Positions 57,727 through 64,000 of a stretch of DNA of 64,000 nt are shown piece by piece. Origin of the DNA: an uncultured virus (IMG/VR IMGVR_UViG_3300025108_004750) (taxonomy: Duplodnaviria > Heunggongvirae > Uroviricota > Caudoviricetes); IMG/VR virus record IMGVR_UViG_3300025108_004750, one strand, 5' to 3'. The notes under the pieces were generated by a model. That model was given only the letters and a program-made list of their open reading frames with translations. It did no database searches and was not told the DNA's origin. Positions within the stretch are counted from its first letter, which is position 1, and each line of letters opens with the position of its first letter. Made by a program: the position numbers and the translations under genes.

Positions 57727-59176
57727 ACTAGTCATTGAAGACGAAGTAAATATCAAACTAGAAGGACTAGAGGTAGACGTACGAAGAAAACTTGCAAGTG
57801 CATTGAAGTTTGAAGTACCATATGCACGTTATATGCCACAATATAAACTAGGACGTTGGGATGGCAAAGTTGCTTTCTTTGGTATTGGCGGTACTGGTTA
57901 TGTTAATCATCTTAATGTAGTACAAGAAGTTCTTGATAGAAATAATGTACAAATAGTTGATATTGAGGATAGAAGACATCCTATTGATTTAAAATTTACA
58001 CATTGTAATGAACGCTATTGGGCAGACCAAGGCGTGCGTTGGCCAGAAGGTCATCCAGCAGAAGGCGAAGAAATTATCCTGCGTGATTATCAAGTTGAAG
58101 CTATTAATAACTTCCTTGACAATCCGCAGAGCTTGCAACAGATCGCTACTGGTGCAGGCAAGACTATCACCACAGCAACACTAAGTCACATGACAGAGAA
58201 ATACGGGCGTAGCCTTGTTATTGTCCCCAATAAAAGTCTCGTCGAGCAAACGGAAGAGGACTACATTAATTGTAATCTTGATGTGGGTGTGTACTTTGGT
58301 GATAGGAAACAATTAGGTAAGACTCATACTATTTGCACTTGGCAGAGTTTGAATATACTCGACAAGAAGCACAAGGACGGCTCAGCAGTATTATCACTAG
58401 CAGAGTTTCTTGAAGGTGTGAGCACAATTATTATTGACGAAGTACACCAAGCAAAAGCAGAAGTACTTAAAAACTTGTTAACACGTAACTTACGTAATGC
58501 TCCAATTCGTTGGGGACTTACTGGTACTGTACCTAAAGAGAAGTTTGAGTTTGAAAGTATACATGCAAGTTTAGGACCTGTAATAGGCAACATTACAGCA
58601 AAAGAACTTCAAGACAAAGGTGTACTATCAAACTGTCATGTTAATGTGTGTCAGTTACTTGATACTGTAGCACACAGCGATTATCAATCAGAATTAAAAT
58701 ACCTTGTTACAAACAAAGCACGTATTGAATATATTGCTAAGTTTTTAAATAAGGTATCACAATCAGGCAATACTCTAATCCTTGTTGATAGGATTAGTGC
58801 AGGCGAAATGTTAGCAGAGCTAATACCAGATAGCACTTTTGTAAGCGGAAGTGTTAAAGTAAAAGACAGAAAAGAAACATATGACGAAATTAAAGACGAA
58901 GATAATAAAGTTATTATTGCAACATATGGAGTTGCGGCAGTAGGACTTAACATACCTCGTATCTTTAACCTAGTTCTTATTGAGCCAGGTAAAAGTTTTG
59001 TAAGAGTTATTCAATCTATCGGTAGAGGCGTTCGTAAAGCAAAAGATAAAGACTTCGTACAAATATGGGACTTGACATCAACATGCAAGTTTGCGAAGCG
59101 ACATCTGACTCAACGCAAGAAGTTTTATAAAGAGGCAGAGTATCCTTTTACAATTGAAAAAATAGACTGGAACTAA
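57713..59176 (+). CDS. uvsW: SF2 DNA helicase
   Basis: WDGK, LRDYQ, ATGAGKT, IIDEVH, GLTGT, IQSIGRGVR; GTG start after GAGGAG. Confidence 0.9.
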   Translation: MRTCKLVIEDEVNIKLEGLEVDVRRKLASALKFEVPYARYMPQYKLGRWDGKVAFFGIGGTGYVNHLNVVQEVLDRNNVQIVDIEDRRHPIDLKFTHCNERYWADQGVRWPEGHPAEGEEIILRDYQVEAINNFLDNPQSLQQIATGAGKTITTATLSHMTEKYGRSLVIVPNKSLVEQTEEDYINCNLDVGVYFGDRKQLGKTHTICTWQSLNILDKKHKDGSAVLSLAEFLEGVSTIIIDEVHQAKAEVLKNLLTRNLRNAPIRWGLTGTVPKEKFEFESIHASLGPVIGNITAKELQDKGVLSNCHVNVCQLLDTVAHSDYQSELKYLVTNKARIEYIAKFLNKVSQSGNTLILVDRISAGEMLAELIPDSTFVSGSVKVKDRKETYDEIKDEDNKVIIATYGVAAVGLNIPRIFNLVLIEPGKSFVRVIQSIGRGVRKAKDKDFVQIWDLTSTCKFAKRHLTQRKKFYKEAEYPFTIEKIDWN

Positions 59177-59179
59177 TAT

Positions 59180-59686
59180 ATGCAAATATTAACATTAGAA
59201 AATGAAGCATTAGATTTAAACACATTACCTGATCAAATTGAGGAAGACATTAGATTTAGTGTATTAGATAATTCGGATAAAGAAAATCCTGATTTCTTTT
59301 ATATTCCTTTAATTTTCTTAGAATCATTTAGCTCACCTGGCGTTGTTTTAAAAGTTGGCGAAACAGAAATACAAATGCCAATTGATTGGCACATTGCTGT
59401 AGGCTGTAGTGAAAGTGGAAACGATTTAGAAGTATTACCTTTAACAAGTATAGGCGACAGAGGATTTGAAGCATTTTTGTTTAATCCACTAGCCAGCTTC
59501 AAACCTGAGTTTGGAGAAGTAAAGGTAATTAATTATTATAACGATGTTAAATGGTACTTCCCTAAGATGCGTAATGGACAACTTCTTACTGTACCTATGG
59601 AAACAAAAAAAGAACCGCTATGTGCATTTTTCATCAAAGATATTACAAGACAAACGGAAGTAATCAAATATGGAGAGTTATTCTAA
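59180..59686 (+). CDS. hypothetical protein
   Basis: Intact 168-aa ORF directly after uvsW. Confidence 0.75.
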   Translation: MQILTLENEALDLNTLPDQIEEDIRFSVLDNSDKENPDFFYIPLIFLESFSSPGVVLKVGETEIQMPIDWHIAVGCSESGNDLEVLPLTSIGDRGFEAFLFNPLASFKPEFGEVKVINYYNDVKWYFPKMRNGQLLTVPMETKKEPLCAFFIKDITRQTEVIKYGELF

Positions 59687-59687
59687 A

Positions 59688-60044
59688 ATGAAAGCAGGAA
59701 AGATTTGGGGTCAAACAGAATTGATCCACGCAAACGGTGTACTAGAGTTTCACCGTATTGAATACAAAGCAGGATACAAATGTTCAGAACACGAACATCA
59801 ATATAAATGGAACGGATTCTTTGTTGAATCGGGCAAGATGATTGTTCGAGTTTGGCAAGATGATCAAGGATTAGTAGACGAAACTATTCTTGAAGCAGGG
59901 GACTTTACACAAGTGAAGCCCGGAAAAATTCACCAGTTTGAAGGTTTAGAAGACGGTGTCGCTTTTGAACTTTATTGGGCTGAATTTAATCATGACGACA
60001 TTGTTCGTCGTACATCAGGCACCAATGTAAAAAAAGGAAAATAA
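59688..60044 (+). CDS. cupin-domain protein
   Basis: GKIWGQT, CSEHEH, VKPG.IHQF; GGAG SD. Confidence 0.8.
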   Translation: MKAGKIWGQTELIHANGVLEFHRIEYKAGYKCSEHEHQYKWNGFFVESGKMIVRVWQDDQGLVDETILEAGDFTQVKPGKIHQFEGLEDGVAFELYWAEFNHDDIVRRTSGTNVKKGK

Positions 60045-60047
60045 AAT

Positions 60048-60761
60048 ATGTTTAGTAACATTGATAAAAGTATGATGCTTAAACTTGCACTTCTGCACGT
60101 TGTAGTGATTACTATTTCAAATGCTTTAGTTTCTATTCCGGTAGAAATTGCAGGCATTAAATTAACATGGGCGGCGTTTACATTCCCGCTTGTGGTATTA
60201 GCAACTGACTTAACTGTTAGAATGCTAGGCAAGAACATTGCTAGAGCAACTATTGCGGCGGCATATCCACTTGCTATTATTGGATCAATCGCAGTAGTAC
60301 TTGCTGAAGGTGCTCCACAGTCAGTAGCAATGCGTATTGGTTTTGCATCAGCAACTGCATACGCCGTAGGTACAATGCTCGATGTATATGTATTCCAATA
60401 TATTAGAGAGAAGATGTCAGCATGGTGGTTAGCACCAGCATTGTCAACAGTTGTTGCAAACATCATCGATACATACACATTCTTCGCAGTAGCGTTTAAT
60501 AACTCAGCAGATGAGTATATGGCCGCTAACTGGATGGAGATTGCAGGATCGCAAGTTGTGATTAAGATTGCAGTAGGTTTAATTATCTTCCTACCAGCAT
60601 ACGGTGTACTACTACGTTACCTAAACGGTAAACTAGGAGAGGACATTCTTGTGCTAAAAGATGAAGTAGTTGAAAAGCCAAAAGCAAAGGCAAAAGTAAA
60701 AGCCCCAGCTAAAAAGACTACTGCTAAAAAGACTACTAAGTCTAAAGCGAAAAAAGGCTAA
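60048..60761 (+). CDS. yhhQ: queuosine-precursor (preQ0/preQ1) transporter, Vut_1/YhhQ family, with Lys-rich tail
   Basis: ISNALV, TWAAFTFP...ATDLTVR.LG...AR, RIGFAS..AY..G..LD..VF, IDTY.FF..AF. Confidence 0.88.
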   Translation: MFSNIDKSMMLKLALLHVVVITISNALVSIPVEIAGIKLTWAAFTFPLVVLATDLTVRMLGKNIARATIAAAYPLAIIGSIAVVLAEGAPQSVAMRIGFASATAYAVGTMLDVYVFQYIREKMSAWWLAPALSTVVANIIDTYTFFAVAFNNSADEYMAANWMEIAGSQVVIKIAVGLIIFLPAYGVLLRYLNGKLGEDILVLKDEVVEKPKAKAKVKAPAKKTTAKKTTKSKAKKG

Positions 60762-60766
60762 TTGAT

Positions 60767-61039
60767 ATGGGTAAACTTATACCCAATCAAGCACTGATAT
60801 ACGAGCGTAGCGAAGGAGTCGTCTACGCTCGTTATCGTGATCCGCCACATAATAAAATACCTCGTTGGGTAATAGGTGGCGAGCCAGATGCAACTGCAAA
60901 AGCATTAGGCATTGTAAGTTATGACGAATGGAAAAATGTAATGCGAATTGCAGAAAGTAATGCAAATGTTAAAAAACAATTTGATAGACTAATGACAATG
61001 TATTATGTAGTCAAAGATGAACAAGAGGAAATCCAATGA
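60767..61039 (+). CDS. hypothetical protein
   Basis: LIP..ALIYER..GVVYAR; contains a strong DNA hairpin. Confidence 0.7.
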   Translation: MGKLIPNQALIYERSEGVVYARYRDPPHNKIPRWVIGGEPDATAKALGIVSYDEWKNVMRIAESNANVKKQFDRLMTMYYVVKDEQEEIQ

Positions 61040-61809
61040 GAATTATAGCAGGGCCATGCCAACACGAAACACTTACAGAAAGTTTAATGATTGCTAAAGA
61101 GTGTCAACGTGTATGTGATAAACACGGCATTGAATATTATTTTAAAGCAAGTTTTGATAAAGCAAATAGAAGCAGTATGCAGGGCAAGCGAGGTGTTGGA
61201 TTAAATGCAACACTAACTGACTTTCAACAAATAAAAGACACAGTGGGCTCTAAGACGCTCACAGACGTTCATACAGTAGAGCAAATTAGTCACGTTACTA
61301 CTTTCTTTAATAATGCTGTAGACGTACTACAAATACCCGCATTTCTTTGTAGACAAACTGACCTATTACAGGCGGCTTGTTCTACAGATAAAATAGTAAA
61401 TATAAAGAAGGGACAATTTTTAGCTCCCTGGGATGTCAAAGGTATACTAAGCAAGTGTACAGATGCCAACGAAGTTTGGATTACTGAGAGAGGAACAAGT
61501 TTTGGATACAATAGTCTTGTTGTGGATTATACTGGTCTTATCTATATGCTCGATAATTATGATAATGATATTGTGTTTGATGTTACGCACTCTGTCCAAA
61601 AACCCGGAGGACTGGGGGATAGTAGCGGCGGGAATCGTGATTACGTGCCTGGGCTCGCTCGTGCTGGGTCTGCTCTTGGGATCACTTCCTTCTTCCTCGA
61701 AGTCCACCCTATGCCTGATGACTCGCCAAGCGATGGTCCAAATATGCTTAGACTAGATGACTTCGAACAAGTAGTGGATGACTTAGTTAAATATCAGTAT
61801 GAACAATAA
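61036..61809 (+). CDS. kdsA: KDO-8-phosphate synthase
   Basis: IAGPCQ, KASFDKANRSS, LTDVH, QIPAFLCRQTDL, NIKKGQFLAP, ERGTSFGY, FDVTHSVQ, EVHP.P..S.SDG. Confidence 0.95.
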   Translation: MRIIAGPCQHETLTESLMIAKECQRVCDKHGIEYYFKASFDKANRSSMQGKRGVGLNATLTDFQQIKDTVGSKTLTDVHTVEQISHVTTFFNNAVDVLQIPAFLCRQTDLLQAACSTDKIVNIKKGQFLAPWDVKGILSKCTDANEVWITERGTSFGYNSLVVDYTGLIYMLDNYDNDIVFDVTHSVQKPGGLGDSSGGNRDYVPGLARAGSALGITSFFLEVHPMPDDSPSDGPNMLRLDDFEQVVDDLVKYQYEQ

Positions 61810-62800
61810 ATTTGAAAATGCTTATAACCAAGTAGCACAAGCCTGTCCTCCTATATGGATGATGCGACAAGCTGGCAGATATCAAAAAGGTTATATGGAA
61901 ATGAAAGAACATTGGTCGTTTGAACAAATGTGTAAACTACCAAGACTAGCAAGCCAAGTTGCTATGCTACCAATTAATCAGTTTGACTTTGACATTGCAA
62001 TACTGTTTAGTGATATATTATTTCCTATTGAAGGATTAGGTGTACCATTAAAGTTTGATCCAGGTCCAAAATTTGAATGGCACATTAACGAAGAAAATTA
62101 TAAACAACATTCTAATATTCAACTTGCTGTAAACCATATGGAGTTTCAAGCAAAGGCAGTAACAGCAACAAGAGAAGCACTACCTGCTAAAAAAAGTTTA
62201 ATAGGTTTTGTTGGCGGACCGTGGACACTACTAAACTATGCTATAGGCAAAGATGCAAAAGTAAGTTTAGGTTGGAAAACAAAATACATGAATGAAGTTA
62301 TTATGCCTTTGCTTGTACGTAATATTCATTTGCAATTAGATGCTGGTGCTGAAAAAGTAATGATACTTGATAGTGGTGTAGGTAATATGAGCGAAAGCTA
62401 TTTTAAGAAGCACTACGTTAACACACTACAACCAATGATACAAACTGACACAGGCTATTACACACAACACTTAAATTCAAGATGCTTACCTACTCTATAT
62501 AAAATGGGGTGGGCAGGTATAGGTATTGATAGTACTGTTGATATTACTAACACATTTAAAAAATATAAAGACGGATTTATTCAGGGCAATTTTGACGAAA
62601 AACTTTTACTGTTACCAAAAGAAGAATGTAGAGCACACATTGAAGATTTTTGTAACACAATGCAAACAATCGACCGTACAGGTTGGATCTGCGGACTAGG
62701 ACATGGTATAACTAAAGAAACACCAGAAGAAAATGTTAAAATGTTTGTAGATATGATAAGAGAAAGATTCGATGAAAACAGCAATACTAATACCCGCTAG
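61799..62800 (+). CDS. hemE: uroporphyrinogen decarboxylase
   Basis: PIWMMRQAGRY, AILFSDIL, IGFVGGPWTL..Y, IQGNFD, GLGHGI..TP.ENV. Confidence 0.9.
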   Translation: MNNKFENAYNQVAQACPPIWMMRQAGRYQKGYMEMKEHWSFEQMCKLPRLASQVAMLPINQFDFDIAILFSDILFPIEGLGVPLKFDPGPKFEWHINEENYKQHSNIQLAVNHMEFQAKAVTATREALPAKKSLIGFVGGPWTLLNYAIGKDAKVSLGWKTKYMNEVIMPLLVRNIHLQLDAGAEKVMILDSGVGNMSESYFKKHYVNTLQPMIQTDTGYYTQHLNSRCLPTLYKMGWAGIGIDSTVDITNTFKKYKDGFIQGNFDEKLLLLPKEECRAHIEDFCNTMQTIDRTGWICGLGHGITKETPEENVKMFVDMIRERFDENSNTNTR

Positions 62801-63434
62801 ATTAAAGAGTACACGATTAGCTGATAAGATGTTAGTCGAACTAGACGGCGTACCATTAATTAAAAGAGTATTTGATATATGTAATGCAACTAAGTTTGAC
62901 ACTTACATTGTAACAGATAGTTTAGAGATTGCAGAAATATCTCCTAACTTTATTCTTACAGGAGAAGCAAGTAACGGCACAGAAAGATGTGCATTAGCCG
63001 CACGTGAGTTAAATTATGATCAGTATATTAACGTGCAAGGCGATATGCCTGACATACGACCTGATATGATAAAAGACGTAGCAGATTATCTACAGTATTA
63101 TCCAATTACAACTTTGTTTACTGGTATGGATAAGGAAGAACAAAATAAACCTAGCACTGTTAAAATGATACGTGCAGGTGACAAAGCTCTTTGGTTTGGT
63201 AGAGGTATGCAGGGTTATGGTGAATGGCACTTAGGTGTGTACGGTTATAGGGCGGATGCATTAAACTTATATCCAAACCTAGAAGTAACAGTAGAAGAAG
63301 AAACAGAAAAATTAGAACAACTACGTTGGCTCAAAGCAGGCTGGGATATAGGTTGCACAAGAGTAGATTTTAAAGGCGTAGAGATAAACACACAAGAAGA
63401 TATTCTTCTTTGGAATCACAAAAATAATGCTTGA
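62772..63434 (+). CDS. kdsB: CMP-Kdo synthetase
   Basis: IPARLKSTRL..K, GTERC, INVQGDMP, HLGVYGYR, EKLEQLRWL. Confidence 0.93.
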   Translation: MKTAILIPARLKSTRLADKMLVELDGVPLIKRVFDICNATKFDTYIVTDSLEIAEISPNFILTGEASNGTERCALAARELNYDQYINVQGDMPDIRPDMIKDVADYLQYYPITTLFTGMDKEEQNKPSTVKMIRAGDKALWFGRGMQGYGEWHLGVYGYRADALNLYPNLEVTVEEETEKLEQLRWLKAGWDIGCTRVDFKGVEINTQEDILLWNHKNNA

Positions 63435-63459
63435 CTTTATTACTAAAAGGTACTATAAT
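63431..63459 (+). promoter_or_regulatory. sigma70 promoter, leaderless configuration
   Basis: TTGACT-N17-TATAAT-N6-ATG63466. Confidence 0.8.
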
Positions 63460-63465
63460 TAAACT

Positions 63466-63918
63466 ATGAACAAACTTCCAATTAAAGATATATTAGCCGC
63501 AGTTGATATGGGTGCATTAACCGTATGGGATGAACTATCAGATGAAGAACGCAAACAAGTTAGTTTTTACTTGTTGAATAGATATGTTAGTAGTGTCAAA
63601 GGTAATAGAGAAAGTCAAGAACTTGCAGTATTCAAAACAAATGAATATTACAACAAACATTTCTTTACACTACAGAAACACAAGAAACTTCTTTGGCAAC
63701 TACTGTGTTTAAGTGGCAACACTAAAAGCATTGCATACCACGAATGGATTGGACACAAGAAAAAAGGTACAGGTGATAATAGCAAAGCAACTAAGTTTCT
63801 AATGCAAATGTATCCTAATATGAAACAAGATGAAGTAGAACTAATGGCCCAATTATCTACTAAGAAAGAAATAAAAGCATGGGCAAAAGATCACGGCATT
63901 GAGGATTTAAAATTATGA
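63466..63918 (+). CDS. probable clamp loader A subunit (gp62-like)
   Basis: FYLLNRYVSS..NEY.N....L..H..L.WQLL....WI..KK pattern resembles gp62. Confidence 0.5.
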   Translation: MNKLPIKDILAAVDMGALTVWDELSDEERKQVSFYLLNRYVSSVKGNRESQELAVFKTNEYYNKHFFTLQKHKKLLWQLLCLSGNTKSIAYHEWIGHKKKGTGDNSKATKFLMQMYPNMKQDEVELMAQLSTKKEIKAWAKDHGIEDLKL

Positions 63919-64000
63919 AAGTAAGTATTAATGACATTGGTGGAGAGATTGCTAAAGAAGATGAAAGGTATATTGTTAAAGATAATACAACATTAAAAAA
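63915..64000 (+). CDS. hypothetical protein, 3'-truncated by window edge
   Basis: ATGA overlap with previous stop, GAGG SD, frame open to end (MKVSINDIGGEIAKEDERYIVKDNTTLK). Confidence 0.55.
   Translation, partial: MKVSINDIGGEIAKEDERYIVKDNTTLK

Noticed and set aside
36194..59176. Introns or inteins in terminase, UvsX or UvsW
   Set aside because: ORFs are continuous and of ordinary length, with no intein-like insertions seen.
8037..62902. Numerous 60-165 aa antisense or alternate-frame ORFs in the track (e.g. 9285-9692, 27556-28050, 34616-35053, 59990-60478)
   Set aside because: They shadow well-supported genes, mostly in-register antisense of Gly/Ala/Thr-rich sequence, and lack SD/promoter signals or motifs.
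42892..63434. Bacterial LPS/capsule locus or host contamination
   Set aside because: The genes are interleaved with uvsY/uvsW, carry phage late promoters and share the window-wide GCWGC avoidance.
1..64000. CRISPR array, tRNA/rRNA, IS, integrase, DGR or reverse transcriptase
   Set aside because: I saw no regularly spaced DNA repeats, cloverleafs or relevant protein motifs, and intergenic gaps are mostly under about 130 bp.
1..64000. Stop-codon reassignment
   Set aside because: Genes are intact and tightly packed under the standard code; TAA, TGA and TAG all end genes.

Overview
This is a 64-kb, AT-rich, densely coding segment of a large T4-superfamily myovirus infecting a Gram-negative host; the cyanophage/pelagiphage-like accessory genes suggest an aquatic origin. 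The core genes are neck gp13/gp14, a gp15-like protein, dNMP kinase, tail sheath and tube, gp4-like head completion nuclease, large terminase, gp32 SSB, UvsX/UvsY/UvsW and a probable clamp-loader A subunit. Around them sits an unusually large set of chemistry genes. (i) A carbamoyltransferase, five 2OG-Fe(II)-type oxygenases, three flavin-dependent halogenases and ADP-heptose genes (gmhB, hldE, hldD, GT9) flank giant Ser/Thr/Gly-rich virion proteins. (ii) A ~14-kb block of about 17 glycosyl-, methyl- and sulfo-transferase-like genes includes four KpsC/KpsS-like paralogues, and kdsA/kdsB, hemE and yhhQ lie further downstream. Several signals read directly from the DNA stand out. The pentamer GCWGC appears to be completely absent, with Ala-Ala pairs recoded as GCG/GCC-GCN. 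Many late (nTAAATA-N5-ATG) and sigma70 (TATAAT-N6-ATG) promoters imply leaderless mRNAs. A candidate two-TM gene is overprinted in kdsA, a fibre ends in a type-1-copper-like domain, and putative head proteins carry Glu-cleavable glycine-zipper or hydrophobic cassettes. I saw no tRNA, rRNA, CRISPR array or IS element. Functional calls come from motif recognition by eye, not database searches.
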